Shown here: positions 1-9,141 of the stretch, piece by piece
Position numbering within the stretch: the stretch's first letter is position 1
Layout: each line of letters begins with the position of its first letter
NCBI GenBank assembly: GCA_021498095.1
Contig: JAIZWK010000001.1
Coordinates: forward strand, 240,001 to 272,000
DNA from: Candidatus Harpocratesius repetitus
Lineage (GTDB): Archaea > Asgardarchaeota > Lokiarchaeia > Sigyniarchaeales > Promethearchaeaceae
Length of the DNA: 32,000 bases
Reading direction: 5' to 3'
Program-made: the position numbers and the translations under genes
Notes under the pieces: generated by a model
Database searches by the model: none
Seen by the model: only the letters and a program-made list of their open reading frames with translations
Told to the model about the DNA's origin: nothing

Positions 1-172
1 AGAATCAGAAATATCATTTGACTGCTCCCAAGAGGGAAAAAATAGATAATAAGTATAAGGATCAAAATAATAATCAGGACTAGAATCATTATATTGCATA
101 TCAAACCAATTTATCTTTTTATAGGAAATAAAATTATCTTGATTCTTTCTTAGATAAACATTTTTTTTAAGA

Positions 173-946
173 TCAAGCATCATATTTCATCTCAACACGT
201 AAATTATTAGTTATAAGTGATTCAAATTCATTAATTATATTTGCATGTAATATTTCAAGCATTTTTTCAAATAAATTTGGTTGGATTTTTATCACAAATG
301 AGTCAAAATCAAGGAAAAATAAATCAAATTGCTGTTTATCAGGTCTGCTATATTGAAATGCATATTGAATTGTTAAAATTGTATTATCTGTACATTTTTT
401 TCGTATTCGAATTCGATTTTCGACTAATTCTTCGATGGGATATTTTTTTATGTTAAAAATTGGAATAAAAAACCTTTCAAAAGATGAACTGCTAATATTA
501 TCAATAAATTCCTTTTTATTTATATATCTCAACCCAATTCTCTCAAATCGAGGAATTCGCCATATTTTCTTAAAATTATCTATTAATCTGATTATTTTTG
601 ATTTAAATCCAATTCTGTTTTGATGATTTTTCCATGAATGGTAATTGGATATTTTTAAAGTGATTTTATTTGAAAAAATACTTACTTCATCTTCATCATC
701 ATTTGAAAACCGCCAAATTATTTCAGATTCAAGAGGATTAGTTTCAAAACCGTCAGAATCACTTTTTCCTTGAAATAGAAGGATTTGTGAAATGAATTCT
801 TTATGAGCATATGGATATTGATCTTGGATTCTTTCCTGAAATTGTGCAATTTTATTATTTATATTCAATATCAAAGGATAACGAGCTTCAAAAATAACTT
901 CATGCAAAATTGATTTTTGATAAACACGATTTGATTCATTGCTCAT
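173..946 (-). CDS. TIGR04255-family protein (sporadically distributed, function unknown)
   Basis: N-terminal VYQKSILHEVIFEARYP, a central WRF and RIGLRYINK match the family pattern as I recall it. The start is moved from the ORF-track 1042 to ATG 946 (or 952) because the first ~30 codons read like AT-rich intergenic DNA. Confidence 0.7.
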   Translation of the reverse strand: MSNESNRVYQKSILHEVIFEARYPLILNINNKIAQFQERIQDQYPYAHKEFISQILLFQGKSDSDGFETNPLESEIIWRFSNDDEDEVSIFSNKITLKISNYHSWKNHQNRIGFKSKIIRLIDNFKKIWRIPRFERIGLRYINKKEFIDNISSSSFERFFIPIFNIKKYPIEELVENRIRIRKKCTDNTILTIQYAFQYSRPDKQQFDLFFLDFDSFVIKIQPNLFEKMLEILHANIINEFESLITNNLRVEMKYDA

Positions 947-1362
947 AATCATTATCCTTAATAAAATATATAAAGTGTAGGAAGAAAAAAGTTTTGCATT
1001 ATAATTTTTTAAATGTATTAATATATAAAACTTTATTAACATTTAATAGAGTGATAGAAAATTGGAAATCATGCATAGATTACACATTTACTATTATTCT
1101 ATCCAAATTTGAAACATGTAGATCAGAAATTTAGACCTCTTATTATCAAATTCAACAATTTTTTAACTAAAAATGATCAAAAATCGAACCATAATTATAT
1201 TTTTTTTTGCCAATTGATAATAATTCTTGGATAGATTTGATTATTGTAGGAAAAAGAAAGATAGAAATTGTAATTCAGTCAGAAATAAAGAAGTTGATAT
1301 AACTTTATATAATATATTTTTTTAATAATAAAAGAGTTAAAGACTAGTAAAATAAAATAATT

Positions 1363-1460
1363 TGGAGCCAGGTATGAGATTTGCACTCATGTAAAGAGGA
1401 TATCCGCAATACATACACGTATCCTGCAGTCCCCCGCCTTAACTACTTGGCTAACCTGGC
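1363..1460 (-). tRNA. tRNA-Cys(GCA), intron-containing, CCA encoded
   Basis: The reverse complement folds as a cloverleaf: acceptor GCCAGGT/ACCTGGC, D-arm GCC..GGC, anticodon stem GGGGA/TCCTC, loop CT-GCA-G|A, T-arm ATGAG-TGCAAAT-CTCAT, discriminator U73 and CCA. Mature length is 76 nt after removing the 22-nt intron. Confidence 0.95.
1402..1423 (-). other. tRNA intron at canonical position 37/38 (22 nt)
   Basis: GATACGTGTATGTATTGCGGAT interrupts the anticodon loop. CTGC pairs with GCGG as the central 4-bp helix, and the 3' splice site lies in a 3-nt bulge (AT|A). Confidence 0.9.
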
Positions 1461-1532
1461 TTGTAATGAAAAAAGTTTGAAACTCATACTGATACAAAGT
1501 GGCGTGGATTTAAAATTTTATGAATTTGATGC

Positions 1533-1551
1533 TTGATAATAAACTTATCAA
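1533..1551. promoter_or_regulatory. Palindrome TTGATAA-N5-TTATCAA, candidate operator between the divergent tRNA-Cys and cysS
   Basis: Perfect 7-bp inverted repeat in the 145-bp divergent intergenic gap; function is inferred only. Confidence 0.3.
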
Positions 1552-1605
1552 CACGAATCTTCGCAGAGCGTAAACTTCAATTAAGATATCGTACTAGTCC
1601 ACCTA

Positions 1606-3051
1606 ATGATAACCATCTATGACGATCTCATGAATGATTTTCGGGAATTTCACACAATTCGCAACGGTTTCGTCACTATGTATGTTTGCGGGATTACAGC
1701 TTACGATTCTCCCCATATTGGGCATGCTAGGTCTGCTGTAGCATTTGATATAATTCGTCGATATTTGGAATTCCATGGTTATGAAGTGAAGTATGTGATG
1801 AATTATACAGATGTGGACGATAAAATGATTCAACGAGCAAACGAAGCTGGAACAACTATTTATGAAATTGCTGAAAAATACATTCAAGAATATGAACGCA
1901 TGCAAAAAGCACTTAGAATAAAGACACCTACAGTTCGACCCCGTGCCACACAAGAAATTCCTGACATGATAAAAATGATCCAAACTTTAGAAGAAAAAGG
2001 ATATACATACGTTTCTGAAGGCAGTGTTTATTTTGACACATCAAAAATGGAAGGATATAAATCGCTGTTTCGAAAAAAAGAAGCGGAAGGGGATGAATCT
2101 GAATTTACACAATCAGAATTTGCCGAACAAAAGCGAAATATTGAAGATTTTGTACTTTGGAAAAAGGAAAAACCAGGAGAACCATCATGGGATTCTCCAT
2201 GGGGTAAAGGTCGACCAGGATGGCACCTTGAATGTTCAGTAATGGCTCAGAAATATTTAGGCTCAACTATTGATATTCATGGCGGAGGTAAAGATCTTAA
2301 GCGCCCTCATCACCAAAATGAGATTGCCCAATCAGAATGTGCAAACAACCAGAAATTCGTTAATTATTGGATGCATAACGGCTTTTTAAACATTAATAAC
2401 GAAAAGATGTCAAAATCATTGGGGAATTTTATTCCATTAATGGAGATGCTTGAAAAATTCCCCGGAACTTTAATCCGTTATTATTTTGCCACATCTTACT
2501 ATAAACGACCTATGGATTTCAGCATGGATAAGTTGGAAGAAGCAAAGAAAAATTTGGAGAAGATCCAAAAATTCTATCAGCAATTGAAATCTTATCCAAA
2601 TATAAAAGATCTTCCTGGAGATGATCCAGAATTAGTCCTTCAACAAGAGGAGTTAAAAAAATTTGAGGATAATTTCTTGGATGCTATGGATTATGATTTT
2701 AACACAGCAAAGGCTATGGGATTTTTCTTTTCCATGATGAACTTCTTCCAAAGAAAGATAATAAACGCAGGAAAAGTATTAAGTGCGAGTGTTCAAGAAG
2801 ATTTAATCCGATTTCTAAATGACATCGACCAAGTTTTTCAATTTATAGTGGTTGAAGATCAATACGGCCCCGAATCTTCAGAATGGAAAGATAAAATGGA
2901 TGAATTAGTCGAGAGTATTCTGCAATTACGTAAAACAATGAAAAAGGAAAAAAAATATGATATTGCAGATAAATTGCGCGATCTATTAGTAAAAAATGGA
3001 ATAAAAGTCGATGACAAGGGTATGGATTACAGTTGGGAATACTTAAATTAA
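1606..3051 (+). CDS. cysS: Cysteinyl-tRNA synthetase (class I)
   Basis: MYVCGITAYDSPHIGH (HIGH motif), NYTDVDDK, DFVLWK, WGKGRPGWHLECS, DIHGGG..PHHQNE, KMSKS and a C-terminal ADKLRD anticodon-binding tail. Confidence 0.97.
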   Translation: MITIYDDLMNDFREFHTIRNGFVTMYVCGITAYDSPHIGHARSAVAFDIIRRYLEFHGYEVKYVMNYTDVDDKMIQRANEAGTTIYEIAEKYIQEYERMQKALRIKTPTVRPRATQEIPDMIKMIQTLEEKGYTYVSEGSVYFDTSKMEGYKSLFRKKEAEGDESEFTQSEFAEQKRNIEDFVLWKKEKPGEPSWDSPWGKGRPGWHLECSVMAQKYLGSTIDIHGGGKDLKRPHHQNEIAQSECANNQKFVNYWMHNGFLNINNEKMSKSLGNFIPLMEMLEKFPGTLIRYYFATSYYKRPMDFSMDKLEEAKKNLEKIQKFYQQLKSYPNIKDLPGDDPELVLQQEELKKFEDNFLDAMDYDFNTAKAMGFFFSMMNFFQRKIINAGKVLSASVQEDLIRFLNDIDQVFQFIVVEDQYGPESSEWKDKMDELVESILQLRKTMKKEKKYDIADKLRDLLVKNGIKVDDKGMDYSWEYLN

Positions 3052-3079
3052 ACGATATTAAGAAATCTACCCAATGATT

Positions 3080-3124
3080 TCCTTTTTTCTTTATTCTTCT
3101 ACTTTTTTTATTCTACTTTTTTTT
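3080..3124 (+). terminator. U-rich archaeal terminator after cysS
   Basis: Pyrimidine tracts including a tandem TTCTACTTTTTTT repeat (3097-3109 and 3111-3123) about 30-70 nt after the stop codon. Confidence 0.5.
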
Positions 3125-3197
3125 AATCAATCATTTATTCTTTATTGAATCCTTAAATGAATATTTTTAGAATCTTTTACTGAATTATGTATTGGAA

Positions 3198-3836
3198 TCA
3201 TTTTTTGGATTTCTTTTTCGGTTTTTTTTTCGATTTGGATTCATTAAATAACCGTTTGGCTTCTTCTAGTTTTGTTTTTGCTTCTTCATGAGATGGTGAA
3301 ATATCTAATACTTTTTTAAAACTCAAAATTGCAGGTTCATAACGGCCTAATTCAATATTTATCAAACCAATAAAGAACCATGGTTCTGTGGCATCTTCTT
3401 TTAATTTTAATGAGTGGATGAAGAAATCTCTTGCTTTATCGAATTTCTTTTCTTTGAAATACATTTTTCCATAAGATATATCATTTAAATAGCGCCCTTG
3501 TAAATCTTGCTTTTTTTCTTCTTCTTTCTTGTAATCAATTGTAGCAGGTTTTCCTTTTAATAAACCTTCTTGTAAATTTTTCCGATATACCAAGAATGCT
3601 AAAAAGAGAAGAATAAAAAAAGGAACTAATAAGTTTCTCCATTCACGTTTTACTAATGAAAGAATTAAAAATATTAATGATAATCCCATTAAAGAGAGAG
3701 CAACTATTTTATTTTGCTTTGAAGTTAAGTAAATTCGGATTTGAGAATATATAACCCATAGTATAATTCCGCCTAAGAGACTAATTACATTTATCCAATT
3801 TAAAGAATTAAAATCGATGAGAATCATAAAGGTCAT
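3198..3836 (-). CDS. Membrane protein with C-terminal TPR repeats
   Basis: Three N-terminal hydrophobic segments, then TPR-like helices (YGKMYFKEKKFDKARDFF..; PWFFIGLINIELGRYEPAILSFKKVLDISP) and a Lys-rich tail. Confidence 0.75.
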   Translation of the reverse strand: MTFMILIDFNSLNWINVISLLGGIILWVIYSQIRIYLTSKQNKIVALSLMGLSLIFLILSLVKREWRNLLVPFFILLFLAFLVYRKNLQEGLLKGKPATIDYKKEEEKKQDLQGRYLNDISYGKMYFKEKKFDKARDFFIHSLKLKEDATEPWFFIGLINIELGRYEPAILSFKKVLDISPSHEEAKTKLEEAKRLFNESKSKKKPKKKSKK

Positions 3837-3922
3837 AAAAAATAATGTGTGTTAAACTAAAAATTTGGCTAAATTATAAGAATGATTTTGGCGCAAAGAT
3901 GAAATAATTAACAATTCTATAC

Positions 3923-3938
3923 TGATCAAAGTTGATCA
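3923..3938. promoter_or_regulatory. Palindrome TGATCAA-AG-TTGATCA, candidate operator upstream of the P-type ATPase
   Basis: Perfect 7-bp inverted repeat in the divergent gap between the TPR gene and the ATPase. Confidence 0.3.
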
Positions 3939-4055
3939 AAAATTTTTTTTAAGTTAATAAGATTAATCATTATCAAATCAGAACTCACAAAATCGAACAA
4001 AATTCTTATAAGGATCAGCTACAGATATTATTACAATGAATGCTGGAGGAGAAAC

Positions 4056-6929
4056 GTGGCAATCGCATACTATTTGAACGATGATACTGATACTCCCGCC
4101 CATATGCAGACAGTTGAAGGTATATTTAAACGCTTTCATAGCTCATCGGAGGGACTATCAACAGAAACAGCAAATTTACGATTAAAGAAAGCGGGATCGA
4201 ATAAAATACCCAAACGGAAAAAAAGTTTTTATCAGAAATATGTAAAACCCGTTGTAAATTTGATGATGTTGATTCTGTTTATTGCCGCACTGGTTCAAAT
4301 TTTCTTCTATTACAAGTATAATGAAGGATCACTATTTGGACCCGTGGTTATTATATTTATTTTACTTCTTAATTTAATTATCGGAATGCGACAGCAATAT
4401 AAAGCTGAAAAGACGTTAGATGCTTTAGAAAAATTAACTGCATTCAAAGCTAAAGTATTAAGAGACGGACATATCATAGAAATATCTACCGATCGAATAG
4501 TTCCTGGAGACATAATGATTCTTTCTCAAGGAGATTTCATTTCAGCTGACGGTAGATTAATTGAAGTGAATGATTTTTCTGTAAATGAATCAATTTTAAC
4601 AGGAGAAATAAATCCAGTAAATAAAATTGTAGAAAGGTTGGAGAAACGAGATTTATCACTTCAAGAACAAGTAAACATGGTATTCAATTCGACATTTGTT
4701 GCTTCTGGAAATGCGAGAGCAGTAATAACTGCTACTGGGATACATACTGAAATTGGAAAAATATCGAAAGGTATTGTTCAAAAAGAGAAACGAGATATCC
4801 CATTACAGCACCAAATGAATAAATTGGCAACAGGTTTAGGACTGCTTGTTTTAGGAATTGTAGTTCTTCTATTTTTAGTTCAATATTTGCAACACGGAAT
4901 AACAGATTTGATTTCTGAGTTAAGTTGGCTTATTTATTTAGCAGTTGCTGCGATTCCTCTCAATTTTCCAATTATTACGACATTAATTTTATTAACTGGG
5001 GTTATTCAATTAGCTCGAAAACAAGCAATCGTTAGAAACCTAAATTCTGTAGAAACTATGGGGAGATTAACCTACATCTGTACTGATAAAACTGGAACTT
5101 TAACAAAAAATGAAATGACTGTTCAACAGATTTATCATGATGGAAAAATCTATCATGTTGATGGGATTGGGTATAAAGCAGAAGGAAAAATCACCTTAGA
5201 CAAGAAACCTATAGATATTATGCAAGAGTTATATCTATGGAAATTAATCAGTATTGGAGCGGTTAATAACAACGCTCAATTTCAAGAAGAAACAATTAAA
5301 CTCAAGAAAGGAAAAACAACTCAATTAAAAGTTCTTGGTATGCCTACAGAAGGTGCCTTATTAATTTTAGCAGAAAAAGCAGGGATAAAACCAGAAGTAG
5401 AAAGATCAAATCATGAAATGCTCCGAGAAATTAGTTTTAGTTCAGAAAGAAAACGTATGACCAAGATAATTAAACAAGAAGATCAAGTTCAAGCAATAAC
5501 CAAAGGAGCTGTTGAAGTATTACTTACTTTAAGTTCTTATACTATTGTTAATGGAGAAATTCAACCTTTAACTGGAGAAAAAAGACAAGAAATACTTAAA
5601 TGGACCCAAAATTTCGCTAAAAGTGGACTACGAACTCTTGGTTTTGCCTATTCGACATTACATGATATAACAAATTATAAAGAAATAAAACCAGAATTAA
5701 TTGAAAAAGATTTAATATTTCTTGGATTTGTTGGTATTTTAGATCCACCCCGTGAAGGTGTTCCAGAGGCAGTAAAAATTTGTCAAGAAGCCGGAATAAA
5801 GGTTGCAATGATTACTGGAGATCATCCAATGACTGCATTAGCTATCGCAAAGAAGACTAATATTTACCATGATGGTGATTTAATCGCTAGTGGTCATGAG
5901 ATTAGAAATATGGATGCTAATGATATCCTAAAAACTACAGTATTTTCAAGAGTAGCACCTGAGGATAAAGAAATAATTGTGAAATCGCTTCAATCAAAAA
6001 ATCAAATTGTTGCAATGACAGGTGATGGTGTAAATGATGCATTAGCTCTTGAAAACGCAGATGTTGGAATCGCCATGGGATTAAAGGGAACTGATGTAGC
6101 AAAAAATGCTGCTGATTTAATCCTAACAGATGATTCATTTAAGACAATTGAAACTGCACTTTATCACGGTCGAGGTTTATTTAACAATATTAGATCAACA
6201 ATTGTATTTCTGTTAATAATCGATTTGATGGAATTATCTGTTTTAACCACAGTTTCCTTATTATTTGGTGGGGAATTTCTTAATTCATTCCAATTATTAA
6301 TCTTATACGCATCTATACACTTTTTCCCTCCAATTGGATTAATTTTTGATAAATATTCTTTAGATTTAATGAAAGAACCACCAAAAAAGGTAGGAGATCC
6401 CCTTATCACACGTTCCTATAAGTTTATAATGTTTGTTCAAATTATATTTATTGCTTTACTTCTTATCGGAATTTGGCATGCTGTTTATAAAGGTGTAATA
6501 TCATTAAATCCAGAAAATTTAACAGATGTTGTATTTACAAATCCAATTACAAACGAAGTTATTACTGGATATACATACAAAGGTGATAGGATAATATTTG
6601 AACCTGGAATAAATGATGAACTCTTTCGTGTATTTAAAGCACAATCCATGTGTTTTGTTACACTATTCATTTGTGAAATTTGGGTAGCGTTAGAATGTCG
6701 TTCAAATAAACGGAGTTTAATTAAAAATCAATTTAACATGGTTATGAGCATTTTACTTTGGTTTTCTGTTGCTATTCTAATCTTTTTAACCCAGAATCCT
6801 GTTGCACGTGCTTATCTAAATATAGTACCTTTAAGCACTATGGATTGGATTATTTCAATAGGAGCATCTTTTCTATTTTTAATTTTTGTTGAAATTATGA
6901 AATCATTTTTACGAAAAAATCAAAAATAA
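4056..6929 (+). CDS. P-type ATPase, P2 (SERCA/PMR1-like) scaffold with a non-canonical transport site
   Basis: Cation-ATPase N-terminal region, LTGE (A domain), ICTDKTGTLT phosphorylation site, FSSERKRM, KGA, DPPR, MITGD, MTGDGVND and about 10 TM segments. GTG start with GGAGGAG at 4045-4051. M4 reads AVAAIPLNFP instead of AVAAIPEGLP. Confidence 0.95.
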   Translation: MAIAYYLNDDTDTPAHMQTVEGIFKRFHSSSEGLSTETANLRLKKAGSNKIPKRKKSFYQKYVKPVVNLMMLILFIAALVQIFFYYKYNEGSLFGPVVIIFILLLNLIIGMRQQYKAEKTLDALEKLTAFKAKVLRDGHIIEISTDRIVPGDIMILSQGDFISADGRLIEVNDFSVNESILTGEINPVNKIVERLEKRDLSLQEQVNMVFNSTFVASGNARAVITATGIHTEIGKISKGIVQKEKRDIPLQHQMNKLATGLGLLVLGIVVLLFLVQYLQHGITDLISELSWLIYLAVAAIPLNFPIITTLILLTGVIQLARKQAIVRNLNSVETMGRLTYICTDKTGTLTKNEMTVQQIYHDGKIYHVDGIGYKAEGKITLDKKPIDIMQELYLWKLISIGAVNNNAQFQEETIKLKKGKTTQLKVLGMPTEGALLILAEKAGIKPEVERSNHEMLREISFSSERKRMTKIIKQEDQVQAITKGAVEVLLTLSSYTIVNGEIQPLTGEKRQEILKWTQNFAKSGLRTLGFAYSTLHDITNYKEIKPELIEKDLIFLGFVGILDPPREGVPEAVKICQEAGIKVAMITGDHPMTALAIAKKTNIYHDGDLIASGHEIRNMDANDILKTTVFSRVAPEDKEIIVKSLQSKNQIVAMTGDGVNDALALENADVGIAMGLKGTDVAKNAADLILTDDSFKTIETALYHGRGLFNNIRSTIVFLLIIDLMELSVLTTVSLLFGGEFLNSFQLLILYASIHFFPPIGLIFDKYSLDLMKEPPKKVGDPLITRSYKFIMFVQIIFIALLLIGIWHAVYKGVISLNPENLTDVVFTNPITNEVITGYTYKGDRIIFEPGINDELFRVFKAQSMCFVTLFICEIWVALECRSNKRSLIKNQFNMVMSILLWFSVAILIFLTQNPVARAYLNIVPLSTMDWIISIGASFLFLIFVEIMKSFLRKNQK

Positions 6930-7223
6930 AAACAAAACACCAATGTCTTGGATCTAATCCAAACAATTTTTTTATTTCGTTTTTCCGACGAAAATTATTC
7001 TTCCTCGATGAAATAGATATTAAAAGATAGATTTCCCAAGCAATCCAAATGGAGAAATTAACTGAAAGGGAAAAATCTCTACGAAGTTCAATCACAATTT
7101 TGGATGGTACTTAAAGTAATCAAAAGATGAGTTATGTTAAAAATTTGAATCCGAAATGGAATCTTGGGTAAATTTTGGAATTTTATTTTCAAAACATTTA
7201 CAAAGGAGGGGGACAATTATTTA

Positions 7224-8494
7224 ATCGCCAAACCAAATAACCACCCTAAAGGTGAACCATGAAGTTTGTCCCCAATACATAAAAATAAACGCCAAAATAA
7301 AAAGAAATCGAATTTTTATCAGCGTTTTATTCTTGATTTGAAAATTAAAGGTTTATCGTTAAACGAAATCCAGGATCATTTACGAGTATGTCATAATTAC
7401 AACAGCTCTATTAGAAGTATTAGAAATATTTTATGTGATTTAGGTGCAAAAGCTAAAATTATCAATCGATTTTACGATAACAAAGTTCTGCCTAAAATTA
7501 AAGTAGCTGAAGCCGATGAAATCTACCTGGGTCGCAATGGTATGTATGTAGGAATTGCTGATAAAAATTCCAACTATTTAGTTTCTCTAACTCAGTTAAA
7601 TTCTAAAAATACGGAATCTTTTCAAAAATTTTTTAGCCAATTTTCAAATAACTTAACTTCTCTGGTTGCATGGGTGACTGACGGGCTGCACACCTATAAT
7701 CCTGTGTTAAATTCGACGTATCCAGATATTACTCATATAATTTGCCACGTGCATACGTATCGGGAAGTAAAAAAAGAACAAGAAGTCTACAATCGGAAAG
7801 CGCGTCGGAAATATAAAAAGCTGAAGAAAATACGAGAAAATTTAAAAAATGCAGAAAAACACCTAAAAAGTAACCAAAAGACCGTCAGTGCTGCAATAAT
7901 TTCCATGAATGCGGCTGAATCTGAGCGAGATCAATTCTATTTGAAACACGGAATTAAAAAATACAGCATAACAAAAAAATTAAAAGCACAGCGTGCAAAA
8001 TATGCAATATATTAAATCTAAAATCATTGCTCTTCAAAGTGGACGACTTGTAAAGGAATTTAAAGATTTGTTAGACAGCAAATGGGATGAATTTGAGAAA
8101 AAAGAGCGTCGTTTACTGAAAATTTACTCTGATTCACCATATCCAATTGCTAAAAAACTAGCAAAAATTATTTCAAATAAGAAAAAGGTATTTAACGATA
8201 AAGTTGAGAAGATTCAAAGCATAATTCTACCCAATCGAGCTAATACCAACACAATTGAATCAATTTTCGGTAGATATCGACTTTTTTTTAAGAAATATCG
8301 AAAAATGAAAGATACTAAATACTCTAAGGCTGTATTTGAAATATTAAGATTGCACCATAATCTTTCTCCACCTTATACAGGTTCAAATCAGGATAGATCT
8401 CCTATAATTAGAGTCGGAATCAAAACTAAATATATAAATTCTATAGATCGATTATGTGGAATGATTTCGTGATTTCAGTAATTAGTTTGGCGAT
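7224..8494 (+). mobile_element. Insertion sequence (~1.27 kb) with imperfect 16-bp terminal inverted repeats
   Basis: ATCGCCAAACCAAATA (7224-7239) versus the reverse complement of 8479-8494, ATCGCCAAACTAATTA: 14/16 match, flanking a DDE transposase. No target-site duplication is visible. Confidence 0.7.
7259..8472 (+). pseudogene. DDE transposase with two frameshifts (IS6/ISH6/IS256-like architecture)
   Basis: HTH-like N-terminus (GLSLNEIQDHL..SIRSIRNIL), ADEIY (D), VTDG (D), CHVH, a helical insertion, and NTIESIFG (E) in the second ORF 7993-8472. ATG 7259 with upstream GGTGA is out of frame with ORF 7266-8015. Confidence 0.75.
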
Positions 8495-8962
8495 CGTTTC
8501 CTTCTTAAATTCCAAATTCTAAATTAAATTTGAGCCAATAAATTGATGATATTTGTAGAATCTTTGAATTAGTGCAATGAAATCCATGTAAAAATATCAA
8601 ATTTTTGATAAAAGATTAAAAAAAGAAAGATTTTTTATTGATTAAGATCCAATGTCTTTTATTTTTTTCCTTAATCTTTATGAGGTTATACAGAATTCGA
8701 AAAATTGAAGAAAATTCGGAAATCTTGCATCATTTATCCATAAACTCCAAATCTATCCCAATTTTAAATTTGTCGAAAAATCGTTTAAGAAAAATATATA
8801 TAATTAAGTTAATAATTCAAAGAAAAATGATGGAAATGTGAAATTCTTGAATGCATTTAATGTTTTAAAAATGCCGACTCAAATAGTAATTGGATGCATG
8901 GGAATATTGTCGAAAATATTGATCCAAAAGATAGAATTTGATTAAGATAAAAAAAATTGCTA

Positions 8963-9141
8963 GAGCCTGGAACGTTTTTCTTATATAAAATATATTTTTC
9001 TTCGAATTTTGGAATTAACATTTTTTCTTCTTCAACAACTCCATTAATAGATTGAATTATAACTAAAATTATCCCAATACAGAGAAAAATTAAAGATCCT
9101 GTAATGCTCCCGAATAATAATCCGTTTATCATAAACATTCC
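8963..9141 (-). pseudogene. 3' remnant of an ICMT/PEMT-family methyltransferase paralogous to 10286-10897
   Basis: GMFMING..YKKNVP is 44/58 aa identical to the C-terminal part of the intact gene. The 5' part, including RHPMY, is absent. Confidence 0.85.

Noticed and set aside
241-623. Short plus-strand ORFs 241-456 and 435-623
   Set aside because: Antisense shadows of the TIGR04255-like gene with no motifs. The same reasoning applies to the other short ORFs nested in cysS, the ATPase, fadD, ATP-grasp and LTD genes.
4056-6929. Calling the ATPase a P4 flippase or a standard Ca2+ pump
   Set aside because: It lacks the P4 signature DGET and the exact PISL, and also lacks the PEGL and M6 N/D ligands needed for Ca2+; substrate left open.
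8638-8841. 67-aa ORF after the IS, and the 66-aa ORF at 6895-7095
   Set aside because: Low-complexity I/K/F composition typical of translated AT-rich intergenic DNA; no RBS or motif.
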